DNA of 63,519 nt, the filler included, from Chiloscyllium plagiosum (Eukaryota): assembly GCF_004010195.1 (NCBI RefSeq). It is 5 parts of one record of this genome, joined end to end, with 100 filler letters (N's around TTAATTAATTAA, not from the genome) between each part and the next. Parts side by side here need not be neighbours in the genome. Positions count along the whole stretch, not along the records: positions 26,811 to 42,719 come from NC_057713.1; positions 42,820 to 49,659 come from NC_057713.1; 3 more parts are not named here. The stretch is one strand, 5' to 3'. Each line of letters starts with the position of its first letter. The stretch's first letter is position 1. This document shows positions 36,422 through 49,759 of this stretch, in pieces. A program made the translations under genes and the position numbers. The notes under the pieces were generated by a model. That model was not told the DNA's origin. It saw nothing but the letters and a program-made list of their open reading frames with translations, and did no database searches.

Positions 36422-37604
36422 GAAAAAGAAAATTACAGGCAAGATTACATGTGGAGTTGGTTTCAAATTTGAGACCAATGGAGATATCTTCATATCTTGA
36501 TTTGCCAAGCCACCACTCAACTCGGCCTAGTGGAAGCAAGGACACAGTAACAAAAAACAATTTGGACAATTTTGCAAGAGTTTGCAGTTTCAAATGGACA
36601 AGAAGATTGGAATCATGAATAAGACCAGAATAAGGTAGTAAATTAATTTCAGAGTTATATTGTTGTAATAGAGTGGAGTGTGACTGTGTGATACCTAATT
36701 TGATGCCAATATACAGTGAAAAGCTTCAACAGTCACCACAATCCGGCGCCATTTTGAATACTTAAGAATAAAATGATGTAACTGAAAGAGAGCCTATCTT
36801 CGTTCTGCTGCCTCTGCCATGAGTCCTGAGCCCTAAGCCAACTTACCAACGATGCCTGCACCTCCACCCCTCCTCCACCACTTCAGCACTGCCTGCTCTG
36901 GACCCACCAATATAGGAGTTGCCGCTCTTTAGACGCCATCTCTTCATCACTGGGTCCACTTCATTGACGCCACTGCCAATGCCATGTCCTGTTGTGGACC
37001 CATATTCACCCCACAAACAGGAGCGCCCATCTCCACTGCTTGCAGATTTCATTCATAAATTCATGAATGGTTCAAAATAGATGACTTTTGAAAGTGTATG
37101 TAAGGAATATAAGTAGTGATATTGATTCGTATTTAAAGATCAGCCTTAAAAAAAAGAGAAGAGGTTTAGCATTTTTAGATAAGATGAAAAGTTTCAGTGA
37201 GTACCTTCAAGCCAGTGTCTGCAGGGATTATTTTTAAAACAAAAATGTGGCCACTCTCACGTAGTCATTGTCCTTTAGAGAAATTGATGTAAATGCTGTG
37301 TACTAAAATGTGAAAATATTTGCTTCAATTTCATACAGTCAAAATCCTAGAACATCCTGTAAAAATACAATGGGTATACTCACAACATATGGATTACAGT
37401 GGTTCAAGGAATAAGCTTGGTCCTTCTCAAAGGCAAATGGGCTTGAGAAAGTGCTGCTCTTGCTAACAACCCTTGCATCCCAGACACAAAGCAAAACAAT
37501 GTTGCTTGCCCTACTAGTCAAAAGAAATTCAATTTTTCTTTCATTGGACAAAAGCGTAATGAAGAACAATAAGTGATTGAGAATGTATTTGCATTTGTAT
37601 TCAG

Positions 37605-37731
37605 GTTCTTGAAGCTTCTACAGAGCAGACTCAGACACAGTATTTTCACATAACAGAGAGTGAAGAGGATGCTCAGGGCACTCAGGCAGCTGTGGCAGCT
37701 CTTCAGGACCTACGGTACAACACAGAGAATG
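37605..37731 (+). CDS. ZFAT: ZFAT internal coding exon
   Basis: TTCAG acceptor and GTAAGT donor. The 127 nt (phase 0 to 1) translate as VLEASTEQTQTQYFHITESEEDAQGTQAAVAALQDLRYNTEN(G), matching recalled ZFAT TQYLHITEAEEDVQGTQAAVAALQDLRY. Phase fits both neighbouring exons. Confidence 0.95.
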
Positions 37732-38760
37732 GTAAGTATAGGAGTCCAATTGTGGCCTTTAACTGCCTTCTCCCTATTCCCCACCCTAACTCTCCGTCAT
37801 ATCAGAGAAGCACATTGGTGAGTTGTTGTGAAGTAGCTTGCTTTACTTCAATTTGACCCAACTCGAATACAAGGACAGTATATAATGCTAATAAATTAAC
37901 AGTATAGTGAAGGACTTAGAACATATTTTATCTGGAGCACTTTAATGATTGGACCTCAATCTTTTCTGCAGCTTCATCCTGGCAGTGTTCAGGGGTTTAT
38001 GAATTCCCACTCATAATTGTCTGTCAACGTATACCATTATAAATTGCAGTGGCAATATTTTGCATTCATATTTATCAAGGTTCAGTTGTAGATGACAGTG
38101 TGAATTGAGTCTTTGAAGACACTGTCTGAGATTATCATCCTAAAAAATAAAATTGTCGTCATTTGGTGTGTGCAAGAGCATAGACAGTTTCTCCACTTTA
38201 CATGAAAATATAAAATGCTGTAAAATACACTATTTGGAAGCTTAATGTTTTGGTCCAGTATAATCTTTAATCACTGACTTTAGGTTGTATCATGCTACGC
38301 GTTATGTAATGTGCTATTTCAAAATTCTCTCTGGTATCATACTTGATAATTAGCAAGTATTGATTCAGCCTCCTGGAGTCTCATATACAGAGGCATCCTT
38401 TACTAAACCAAGCATCAGAAGTCGACTTGCTTATTTCAGTTGTAGGGAGCAGCTCTGCTGCTATTATTGACCCAACTGCCCGAAAATTAGAGAAGGAAAT
38501 CAGAACCAGCTCTTGATAACTATCCAATGTAAATATGTACTTATGTCAAAGCATATATGCGGATGATGGATGAGGACAGAGTCAGGTTTAACTATGATTA
38601 AGTGGCCAAGATTTATTCACTGTTTAGCTACAGACATTTAAAATAGTACTTGAACACTGTTGAAATCTGTGGAATTACAAAATAGACTCAACATGTCTGG
38701 AGTTGAAAGAGAAATTGGGAAAAACATATTACTGATTTTGTATGTTTCTTTTATTCCTAG

Positions 38761-38888
38761 GCGATAGAATGGATTCAACAGCAGTAAACATTCTTCAGCA
38801 AATTATTGGTTTAGCTCCAGAACATCATGATGGTGCTGTTGCTTCTGTGGTTACCATGGCACCAGGCACATTAACAGTTGTAGAACAA
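38761..38888 (+). CDS. ZFAT: ZFAT coding exon, probably penultimate
   Basis: TTCCTAG acceptor and GTAAGA donor. The 128 nt (phase 1 to 0) translate as (G)DRMDSTAVNILQQIIGLAPEHHDGAVASVVTMAPGTLTVVEQ, matching recalled ZFAT GDRLDPTAVNILQQII...ASVVAMAPGTVTVVKQ. Confidence 0.95.
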
Positions 38889-38964
38889 GTAAGATTTCCA
38901 TTCCCTTTCAGTATTGTAAAGTCCAATATCGAGTCAAACTCAGAAGACACAAAACTCAAAAGAG

Positions 38965-41900
38965 GAGGGAGATGGTTCACCAAGGGAGGGCAGCAGTTGC
39001 CAGAATCATGGCACCGTGTCAAGTTCTGCTGTTCAGAAAGGCAGGAAAAGGACTAGTAGGGCCATAGTCATAGGGGATTCCATTGTAAGGGGAGTAGATA
39101 GGCGGGTCTGTGGCCGAAAATGAGACTCCCAGATGATATGTTACCTCCCAGGTGCTAGGGTCAGGGATGTCATCAGTCGGCTGCAGAGCATTCTGAAAGG
39201 GAAGGGTGAACGACCAGTTGTCATGGTGCATATAGGCACAAATGATATAAGTAAAAAATGAGATGAGGTCCTGAAAGCAGAATTCAAGAAGCTAGGAGAG
39301 AAGTTAAAGAGGAAGTCAAAGGTAGTGATCTCAGGATTGCTACCAGTGCCACGTGCTAGCCCAGGTAGAAATGAAAGAATAGGTAAGATGAGCCCATGGC
39401 TTGAGGGATGGTGTAGGAGGGAGGGGTTCAGGTTAGTGGGACATTGGGATCGGTTCTGAGGAAGGTGGGACTATTACAAATTGGATAGTCTACACCTGAA
39501 CCAGACTGGAACTAATGTCCTTGGGGAGTTTTGGCTATTGTTGTTGGAGAGGACTTAAACTAATGAGCAGGGGGCTGGGAACTAGAAGAGAAGTCTAGTA
39601 GACAGTGAGGTGGAGACTAGAGACTATAAGGAACAGGATCATGAAGTTAGCATACCAAGGGGAAGAGTAGGCAGAGAGCAGATGAACGCAAAGGAACTGG
39701 TGGTCTGAAGTGCATATGCTTTACCGCAAGGAGTATAGTAGGTAAGGCAGACGAAGTTAAGGCTTGGATTGGTGCCTGGGAGTATGAAGTGATTGCGATC
39801 ACAGAGATTTGGTTGAGGAAAAGGCATGATTGGCAACTAAATGTTCCAGGATATAGATGCTTCAGACAGGACAGGGAAGGAAGTAAAAGACGGGGAGGAG
39901 TTGCATTGCTGGTCAGGGATGATATCATGGCTGTGTTAAAGGAAGACGTTATGGAGGGCTTGAGCAGTAAGGCAATATGGATGGAGCTGAGAAATAAGAA
40001 GAGTGCAGTTACATTCTTGGGGCTGTTCTACAGGTTTCCCAACAGTGAGCATGAGGTAGAAGAACAAATAGGTAAACAGATTTTGGAAAGATGTAGAGAC
40101 AACATGACTGGGATACACTCAGTGTCAGAGGTCTGGACGGGGCAGAGTTTGTAAGGAGCATCCAGGAAACTATTTGAGAGCAGTATGTCAATAGCCCAAC
40201 TAGGGAAGGGGCTATATTGGACCTGGTGTTGGGGAATGAGCCAGGCCAGGTGGTAGAAGTTGCAGTGGGGGATTTCTTTGGGAATAGTGACCACAATTCT
40301 GTAAGTTTTAGAATACGAATAGCCAAAGATGACAGCAGTCTGAAGGGAAGAGTACTAAACTGGGCCAAGGCCAAAATATCAAAATTCGGCAATAGCTGGA
40401 AAATGTGGATTGGGGCAGCTATTTGAAGGGAAATCCACATTTGATATGTCGGAGGTATTCAAAGATATGTTGAAGATAGTGCAGGATAGGCATATCCCTT
40501 TGAAAACAAGAAATAGGAAAGGCAAGATTCGTGAACTGTGGATGAGAAGAGAAATTGTGCGCATAGCCAGGAGGAAAAGGTCCAGGCAGCTAAGTACAGA
40601 ACAGGCCTTGGAGGAATATCGGAGAGTAGGACCAATCTTAAACGAGAAATCAAGTGGGCTAAAAGGGGTCATGAAATAACTTTAGCGAGCAGATTTAGGG
40701 AGAATCCCAAGGCTTTTATTTATATATATGAGGCAAGAGGATAACTAGAGAAAAGGTTGGTCCTCTAAAGGATAAGGAAAGAAGATTGTGTGTTGAACCT
40801 GAGAAAATGGGTGAGATTCTCAATGATTACTTTGTATCAGTGTTCAGTGAGGAGAGGGACATGATGAATGTTAAGATTAGAGAAAGAAGTTTGTTTACTC
40901 TGGATCACGTTGACATAAGGAGGGAGGATGTGTTGGGTAGGCTCAAGTATATTAAGGTGGACAAATCCCTAGGACCGAATGGGATCTATCCCAGGTTGCT
41001 GAGCGAGGCAATAGAGTAAATAGCTGCGCCCCTGACAGATATCTTTGTAGCATCCTTAAACATAGGTGAAGTGCCGAAGGACTGGAGTGTTGCTAATGTT
41101 GTCCTCCTGTTGAAGAAGGGTAGCAGGGATATTCCAGGTAACTACAGACCAGTGAGCCTGACTCACTGGTGGGAAAGTTGTTGGAGAAGGTACTGAGGAT
41201 AGGATCTATTTATATTTGGAAAACAATTGGCTTATCAGTGATAGGCAACATGGTTTTGTACAGGGAAAATCATGCCTTACCAACTTAATAGAGTTCTTTG
41301 AGGAAGTGACCAAGTTGATAGATGAAGGAAGGGCTGTTGATATCATATACATGGACTTTAATAAGGCATTTGATAAGGTTCCCCATGGTAAACTAATGGA
41401 GAACATGAATCATATGGTGTGCAGGGTGTTCTAGCTGGGTGGATGAAGAACTGGTTGGGCAACAGGAGACAGAGAGTAGCAGTTAATAGGAGTTTCATGA
41501 AATGGAGAAAGGTGTTCCACAGGGATTAATGTTGGGACCACTGTTGATTGTGATATACATAAATGATCTGGAAGAGGGAATTGGTGGTCTGGTCAGTAAG
41601 TTTGCAGATGACATGAAGATTGGAGGAGTAACAGAAAGCATGAGGGACTGTCAAAGAATACAGGATAATATAGATAGACTGGAGAGTTGGGCAGAGAAGT
41701 GACAAATGGAGTTCAATCTGGGCAAATGTGAGGTGATGCATTTTGGAAGTTCTAATTCTAGAGTGAATTATACTGTAAACGGCAGAGCCTTGGGAAAACT
41801 TGATGAGCAGAGAGACCTGGGAGTTCAGGTTCATTGTACCGTGAAGGTGCCTGCACAGGTGGATAGAGTGGTCAAGAAGGCATATGATATGCTTGCCTTT

Positions 41901-42632
41901 ATCGGACAGGGTATTGAATATAAGAGCTGGCAGGTCATGTTAAAATTGTACAAGACTTTGGGTCGGCCACATTTAGAATATTGTGCACAGTTCTGGTCAC
42001 CACATTACACAAGGATTAGATTAGATTACTTAGTGTGGAAACAGCCCTTCGGCCCAACAAGTCCACACCGACCCACGGAAACGCAACCCACCAGACCCAT
42101 TCCCCTACACCTAACACTACGGGCAATTTAGCATGGCCAATTCACCTAACCTGCACATTTTTGGACTGTGGGAGGAAACCGGAGCACCCGGAGGAAACCC
42201 ACGCTTTGGAGAGGGTGCAGAGAAGGTTTACGAGGATGTTGCCTGGTCTGGAAAGTGCTAGCTACGAAGAGAGGTTGAGTAGGTTAGGATTGTTTTCATT
42301 TGAAAAAAGTAGATTGAGGGGGGACCTGATTGAGGTCTACAAAATCATGAAGGATATAGACAGGGTGGATAGAGAGAAGCTTTTTCCCAGGGTGAGGGAT
42401 TCCATAACGAGAGGAGAATAGTTTAAGGGGATACACACAGAATGTACTTTACACAGAGGGTAGTAGGTACCTGGAATGTGTTGCCAGCAGAGGTAGTAGA
42501 GACTGGCATGGTAGATTCATTTAAGGTGTGTGTGGACAGATGCATGAGTAGCTGGGGAGCAGAGGGATACAGATCCTTCGGAATTGGGCGATAGGTTTAG
42601 ACAGTGGATTTGGATTGGCACAGACTTGGAGG
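38965..42632 (+). mobile_element. Near full-length CR1/HER1 LINE, disabled: esterase-type ORF1 and APE-RT ORF2
   Basis: ORF1: RAIVIGDSIVRG...HIGTND...DSLHLN, stop about 39563. ORF2: IAITEIWL, SDHNSV, QHGFVQGKSCLTNL, DFNKAFDKVPH, GVPQG...YINDL, KFADD, RPHLEY, RGDLIEVYKI. Many stops and frameshifts. Confidence 0.95.
42014..42204 (-). mobile_element. 5'-truncated HE1 SINE inserted in CR1 ORF2
   Basis: Interrupts the LINE between FWSPHY and ALERVQRRFTRM. Confidence 0.9.
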
Positions 42633-42634
42633 CG

Positions 42635-42719
42635 GAGATGTGTTGCTGGAAAAGCGCAGCAGGTCAGGCAGCATCCAGGGAACAGGAGAATCGACGTTTC
42701 GGGCATAAGCCCTTCTTCA
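42635..42719 (-). mobile_element. PLE terminal repeat (family A), cut by a gap
   Basis: tgtgttgctggaaaagcgcagcagg...aatcgacgtttcgggcataagcccttcttca. Confidence 0.85.
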
Positions 42720-42904
42720 NNNNNNNNNNNNNNNNNNNNNNNNNNNNNNNNNNNNNNNNNNNNTTAATTAATTAANNNNNNNNNNNNNNNNNNNNNNNNN
42801 NNNNNNNNNNNNNNNNNNNAATGTTCTGCACCAATCGTGATTCTTCAGATACTGAAGTTGTCTATATCCCTAACAGGCACGATCGGGACAAGATTATGAA
42901 CAAA

Positions 42905-45030
42905 GGTACATAAGAACAGAAATAAGTCTCTTGGCCCATCTAACTTGTCCACATTACAATACGATTATGAATATGATTGATCAAACACTTCACTGCCTTT
43001 TAGTCACCCTATCCTCATTACTCTGTATGCTGCCAGTAATCAACCCTGTACGCTGCTAGTAATCAAAAATCTAACAATCTCTACCTTAAATATACTCAAA
43101 GACTGAGCTTCCATAGCCGTCTGTGGTAGAGAATTCCAAAAGGTTCAAAACTGAGTAAAATGATTTCTCTCACCTCGAGCCTAAGTGGCAGCCACCTTTG
43201 TTTTTTAGTTCTACCCCACCAGTTCTAGCCTCCCCGGTCAGGGGAAACAATCTTACCTGCATCTGTCTTATCTATCCATTTAAGTATTTTGTTGGCTTAA
43301 ATGACATCACTTCTTATTCTTCAAATTTCCAGAAACCACGTTTGCACAATCACTCTTATTAGGATACTCGCACCATGCTGGAAATAAGTCTGGTGAACCT
43401 TTGCATTCCCTCCATGGAAAAGAATCTTTCCAACATAAGACAACCAAAACTGCACACAGCACAGCAGGGGAGGTCTAAGCAAGTTCCTGTACAATTGAAG
43501 CAATACCTCACTCCTTCTGTACCTGAATCCTCTTGTAATAAAGGCTAACATTCCATAAGCCTTGTGAAAGCTTGTTGCATCTCTATGTAATTTATTGATC
43601 ACTTCATACGTCTACACTTACCAACTCTTACCATTTAAGAAATACTCTGCACTTCTGTTTCTCCTACCAAAATAGATAACTTCACGTGATGGCGAAAGTG
43701 AGAACTGCAGATGCTGGAGATTAGAGTCAAGAGTGTGGTTTTGGAAAAGCACAGTAGGAGCTTTTTCCCGAAAAGTCGACTCTCCTGCTCCTTGGATGAT
43801 GCCCGACCTGCTGTGCTTTTCCAGCACCGCACACTGGACTCTAACCTTACACTATGTTACATCTGCCATGTTCTTGCCCATTCACCAAGCCTATCCAAAT
43901 TCTCCTGAATCGACTGTATTTCTGCTTCTCAGCGTACATTCCCACTTAGCTGTGCATTATCGGCAAATTAGAAATATTTGGTCCGTACATCCAAATTTTG
44001 GTCCATACATCCAAATCTTTGATATGCTTTGTGAACAGTTGGGGCCCAAGTACTCATCCTTTTGGTACCAAGCCAATGAGAGAATGGCCCATTAATTCTG
44101 AACCTCTGTTTTCTGCCTGTTAGCCAATCATTGATTCATACAATTACATTGCCTTCTACCTCTTGCGCTTTAGTCTTTCTAAACAGTCTCCTGTGGGGAC
44201 AGCTTTATCAAAAGTCTTCAGAGAATCAAAACCGTTATCTTTTGTTCGTAACATCTTCAAACAACTCGCAACAAGTTCGTCAAACACAATATCGCATTTG
44301 CAAATTCATGCTGTCAATGCCCAACCAGGTGTCTATTTATGAATGTTCGGGGGCTCTTGTGGTGAAGTGGTAGCATCCCTTTGTCTGGACCAGGAAATAT
44401 AGATCCAAGGCCCACCTGGAGGTATGTGATAACATAAAATCCCTATAGTGTGGAAGCAATCCATTTGGCCCAACAGGTCCACACTGACCATCCAAAGAGT
44501 AGCCCACCCAAACCAATTCCCCTACCTTATTGCTCCCACATTTCCCATGACTAATGCACCTAACCTCCAAATCCCTGAACACTATGGGCAATTTAGCACA
44601 GCCAATTCACCCAACCTGCACATCTTTGGATTGTGGGGGGAAACCCACACAGACACGGGCAGAATGTGCAAACTCCACACAGACAGTAGCTCGAGGCTGG
44701 AATCAAACCTGGGTCCCTGGCACTGTGAGGCAGCAATGCTAGCCACTGAGCCACCGTGTAGTCCAATCTGAGCAGATTGATTAGAAAACATCTATCCCAT
44801 TCTTTCATAGTCTGTAGCATTTTCCCTCTTAGGATATAAGATTAACAGGTCCATCGATCCTTGTTTTGTCTGTCTTGCTCCGTTCATAAACAATGTACTG
44901 ACATTCTTACCTTCCAAACCACAGGAATCATTCCAGAATCTGTAGAATTTTGGGAGATAATCATCAATACATGAGCTATCTCAAAAGCCATTCTTTCAAT
45001 ACTCTCAGATGTAGACCATCAGGAGTAAAT
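42905..45030 (-). mobile_element. Old CR1 (3' half) with nested PLE inverted pair (about 43690-43845) and SINEs
   Basis: KAYGMLAFITRGFRYR...LRPPLLCCVQFWL and VIYFGRRNRSAEYFLNG on the minus strand. Confidence 0.75.
44433..44758 (-). mobile_element. HE1-related SINE
   Basis: Family similarity. Confidence 0.85.
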
Positions 45031-45396
45031 TGGTCTTCATGCAAGAGACAATAGATGTGAAACAGTCAATATGCTTTTAGATCACAAGTACCATTTGTCT
45101 GACTTTCAAATCTGACCTTTTAGAAAAAAATTCTGATCCTGCCTACAACTGGTATCTCATCTACATAAATTAATCTCATCAAATGGTAAACACTGTTGAT
45201 ATTTTGGAATTCCAGTTGCTTTCATTGTTACAACAGAAGACCAAAATTGCAACAGGATTTTATATTTATCTTAGTTCTATGGCTCATAATGTTTCTTTTA
45301 GACTTGGATATTAACTGCCTAATACATAGGACTGCACAGGTATGACAGCACTTCATCATAAACTCCAGTTTGTATTGGACTTTATGTATATATAAG

Positions 45397-45610
45397 GGGA
45401 GGCAATGGCCTAGTAATATTGTCACTGAACTAGTAATCCAAAGATTACGAGTTTCATGTTTCCCACCATGGTAATAAAAATTGTTTGAAATCAAAAGTCT
45501 ACTGATGACCATTGTCATTAAACACTAAAAACCATTTACATTAAAAACCCACTGGTTAATTAATATCCTTTAGACAAGGAAACTGGCAACCTTGTCTAGT
45601 CTGTCCTCTG
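45397..45610 (+). mobile_element. Second tRNA-derived SINE family, 5' part
   Basis: gggaggcaatggcctagt...tagtaatccaaag. Confidence 0.65.
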
Positions 45611-45904
45611 AAGTGACTTAGCAAGCCACTGTGAGGAACAAAAAGGAACAAAACCAGACAGACCATCCGGCATCGACTAAGGCATCAACACTGGTCACGG
45701 CGCATACTTGGTCCTGAAGTACATCGCTGTTCCTTCAGCGCATCTTGGTCAGAATTTTGAAACTCTCTTCCTAAAGGCATTGTGAGCCTGCCTACAGCAA
45801 ATAGACTGCAGTAGTTCAAAAAGGTCAAATAGTGATTAGCAATAATGTTGGCTCAGCCAGCGACACCCATAATGAATGAAATTAAATATTTGGCCTGAAT
45901 TCAA

Positions 45905-46940
45905 AGTAGAATCCAGGGCAAACTAGCAAATTGGATACACAATTGGCTTGATAGTAGGAAACAGAAAGGAATAGTGGAAGGATGCTTGTCAGACTGGAAG
46001 CCTGTGACTAATGGTGTGCCTTAGGGGACATTGCTTTTGTTATCTATATCAATGATTTTGATGAGAATATACAAAGCATGATTAGTAAGTTGCAGATGAC
46101 TGTAAAGTAGGTGGTATCGTGGACAGTGAGGAACGTTGTCAGAAATTGTAGCAGGATCTTGGTCAGCTGGGGAAGTGGGCTGAGAAATGGCAAGTGAAGT
46201 TTAATATAGATAAATGTGAAGTGTTGCATTTTGGAAAGTGGAATCAAGGTCAGAGTTTCATGGTGAATGGTAGGTTCTTCAAGAGGGACCTTGGAGTTCA
46301 GATGCATGGTTCTCTGGAAGTGGAGTCACAGGTAGACAGGCCAGTGAAGAAGGCTTTTGGCACACTGGCCTTCATCAGTCAGGGCACTGAGTATGGAAGT
46401 TGTGAAGTTACGTTTCAGTTGTACAGGGCATTGGTGAGGCCGCACTTAGAGTATTGTGTTCACCTTGCTATAGGAACGATGTTATTAAACTGGAACGAGT
46501 GCCAAAGAAATTTACAAGAATGTGCTTGGACTCAAGGGGCTCAGTTATAGGGAGAAGTTGGACAAGCTAGGACCTTTTTTCTTTAGAGCATAGGAGACTG
46601 AGAAGGGGGTGTTTTAGAAATGCATAAGATCATGAGAGGCATGGATAGGGTGAATGCACTCAGTCTTTTTCTCAGGGTTGGGGTATCAAGGATGACAGGG
46701 TCTCAGTTTAAAGTAACAGGGGAAAGAATAAATGTGAACCTCCGGGGAATGAGCTTTCAGCGGAAGTGGTTGAGGTGAGTACATGAACAACATTTAAAAG
46801 ATATTTAGATGCATACATGGATAGGAAAAGTTTAGAAGGATATGGGCTAAGTGCAGGGAAATGGAGTTAGCGTGATGGACATTTTGGTCGGCATGGACCA
46901 GTTTGGGCCAAAGGGCCTGTCTCCATGCTGACTGTATGAT
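45905..46940 (+). mobile_element. CR1/HER1 RT-to-3' fragment
   Basis: GVP*G, IYINDF, KFNIDKCEVLHFG and LVRPHLEYCV motifs, plus 3' tail. Confidence 0.88.
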
Positions 46941-47099
46941 GTAGAATTTTCTTTATCTGGTATTTAGGCTGTGCTATGGTTTCAGAATTAAACAAAATAA
47001 AAAACACTAGCCATCTGTTACAGTTCTTTTAAGAAGGAGCGCATCTTGTTCATCAACATTCCAAAATTTTCCTTTTGAACTTCAGCTACTTGGGATTGA

Positions 47100-47830
47100 A
47101 TTAGAGTCATAGCACAGAAACAGACCCTTTGGTCCAACTCATCCATGCAAATCAGATATCCTAAATTAATCTAGTCCCATTTGCCAACATTTGGCCCATA
47201 TCCCTCTAAACCCTTCTTATTAATGTACCCATCCAGATGCTTTTTAAATGTTATAATTGTATCAGCTGTCATCACTTCTTCTGGCAGCTCATTCCATACA
47301 TGCACACATAACAGTTTGGTCTCTACCACTTTCTATGGTAGTGAATTGTATAGGTTTACTATCTCTGGGTAAAGAAAATACTCCTCATCTCGGTCCTAAA
47401 AAGCTTTACCCCTCATTCTTAAACTATGACCCCTGGTTCTGGACTCTCCCACCATCAGAAACACCCTTCCTGCATCTAACCTGCCTAGTCATGTTAGAAA
47501 TTTCATGGGTTTCGATGAGATCCCCCAAATTCTTCTCAACTAGTGAATACAATTCTAACTGACTCAATCTCACCTCATTCATCAGTCCTCCCAGGAATCA
47601 ACTTGTTAAACCTTTGTTGCACTCTCTCACTGGCAAGAACATCCTTCCTCAGACAAGGGAGACCAAAACTGCATATGACATTCCAAGTATGGCCTCACCA
47701 ATGCCCTGTACAATTTCAGCAAGCCAACCCTGTTCCTGTACTCAGATCATCTCACTATGAAGGCTGACATAGAGATTGCCTTCTTTACTACCTGGGCACT
47801 TACTTTCAGTGAGTGGTGCATGAGAACAAA
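47100..47830 (-). mobile_element. Two abutting CR1 3' fragments
   Basis: agagtcatag tail and antisense EGYGPNVGKWD; antisense LYRALVRP region near 47690-47715. Confidence 0.75.
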
Positions 47831-47878
47831 GCTGCTATAAAGTGCTGTTCTACATGAGTAGGGAACAGTGTTGATGTT

Positions 47879-48177
47879 ATTAGATTAGATTCCCTACAGT
47901 AAGGAAACAGGCCATTTGGCCAAACAAGTCCACATCGACTCTCCAAAACGTAACACACCCAGACCTATTTTCCTCTGACTAATGCACCTAACGCTATGGG
48001 CAATTTTAGCATGGCCAATTCACCTAACCTGGACATCTTTGGAGTGTGAGAGAAAACCCATGCAGACACGAGGAGAATGTGCAACCTCCACACAGACAGT
48101 CGCCTGAGACTGGAATCGAACCTAAGGGCTTGGTGTGGTGAGGCAGTTGTGCTAACCACTGTACCACCCTGCCACCC
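47879..48177 (-). mobile_element. HE1-type SINE
   Basis: Family similarity with (AGATT)n tail. Confidence 0.88.
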
Positions 48178-48414
48178 CAATGTTACAATACAATATGTCT
48201 GTCTTGACAGGTCTGTAGTGTCACCATTGTATACTGCATTTATTCAGAATTTGTTATATAGGATACCAGTGACAATTGTAAACATGGCCTGGCATTCATT
48301 ATATGAATCTTCCAAAAGGTAGTTTAAACCATTGTGTCAAAGACTTTTCTGTGATTAAAGAAAGCCATGTATAAGTGAAAGATAGTTTTTTCTATATGGT
48401 GGCAAACCCTCAAT

Positions 48415-48875
48415 TTGATTTGATTTATTGACCATATGTATGTAAGTATACTGATACACAATAGTTTGCGAGCAGTACAGGCAGGTCATAGCAAACAGAA
48501 AACATACAAATCATAGGGTGATCAACATTAGCATGGTCAACATTATTTTGAGTTAGAGAGTCCATTCATCAGTCTACAAATGACAGGGAAGAAGCTGTTT
48601 TTGAACCTGTTGGTGCATGTTTTCAAGCTTCTGTATCTTCTGCATGACGGAAGAAGTTGTAGGAGAGCATTACTGGGGTGGGAGGGGCCACTGATGATGT
48701 CAGTCTTTCCATGGTAAAGAGCTGTGTAAATGGAGTCCGTGGATGGAAAGTTGGCTTCCATGATGGCCTGGGCTATGCACACAACCTCCTGTAATTTTTT
48801 TTATGGTGCCGGGCAGAGCAGTTGCCATAGGAGGCCGTTATGCACCCAGATAGTTTACATTTTTATGGTGCACCT
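48415..48875 (-). mobile_element. Rex1/Babar LINE 3' fragment
   Basis: ORF 48543..48782(-): PSHPSNALLQLLPSCRRYRSLKTCTNRFKNSFFPVICRLMN, the typical Rex1 C-terminus. Confidence 0.8.
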
Positions 48876-49197
48876 GGAACTTAAAAGATGCACTGCAGAA
48901 ATTCACAAAAGATTCTTACAGCATTTTCCAGCACAACCACTTCCATTTGGAAGGACCAGAGCAGTAGATACTTGGAAACACCAGCACCTACAAGCTCACC
49001 TCCAAACCACTTCCAATTCTGACTTGGAAATATAATTGTCATTCTTTCACTGTGGCCGGGTCAAAATCCTGGAATTCCCTCCCTAAGAACATTGTGGGTC
49101 TATCTCCAGTGGTTAAAGAAGACAGCTCAATACCACCTTCTCAAAGGCAACTAGTAATAGACAGGCAATAAATGCTGGTCTAGCCAGCAGCATCTAT

Positions 49198-49659
49198 GAC
49201 AGTCAGGGACAAGGTAGGACTAATAAATTAAACTGCATTTATTTCAATGTAAAGGGCCTAACAGGGAAAGCAGATGAACTCGGGGTATGGTTAGGAACAT
49301 GGGACTGGGATATCATAGCAATTACAGAAACATGGCTCAGGGGTGAGCAGGACTGGCAGCTTAATGTTCCAGGATACAAATGCTACAGGAAGGATAGAAA
49401 GGAAGACAAGAGAGGAGGGGGAGTGAAATTTTTGGTAAGGGATTGCAGTACAGCTGTACTGAGGGAGGATATTCCTGGAAATACATCCAGGGAAGTTATT
49501 TGGGTGGAACTGAGAAATAAGAAAGGGATGATAACCTTATTGGGATTGTATTATAGACCCCATAATAATCAGAGGGAAATTGAGAAACACATTTGTGAGG
49601 AGATCTCAGCTATTTGTAAGAATAATAGGGTGGTTATGGTAGGGGATTTTAACTTTCCA
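49198..49659 (+). mobile_element. CR1/HER1 ORF2 5' (APE) fragment, cut by a gap
   Basis: IAITETWL, GLYYRP and VMVGDFNFP motifs. Confidence 0.9.
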
Positions 49660-49759
49660 NNNNNNNNNNNNNNNNNNNNNNNNNNNNNNNNNNNNNNNNN
49701 NNNTTAATTAATTAANNNNNNNNNNNNNNNNNNNNNNNNNNNNNNNNNNNNNNNNNNNN

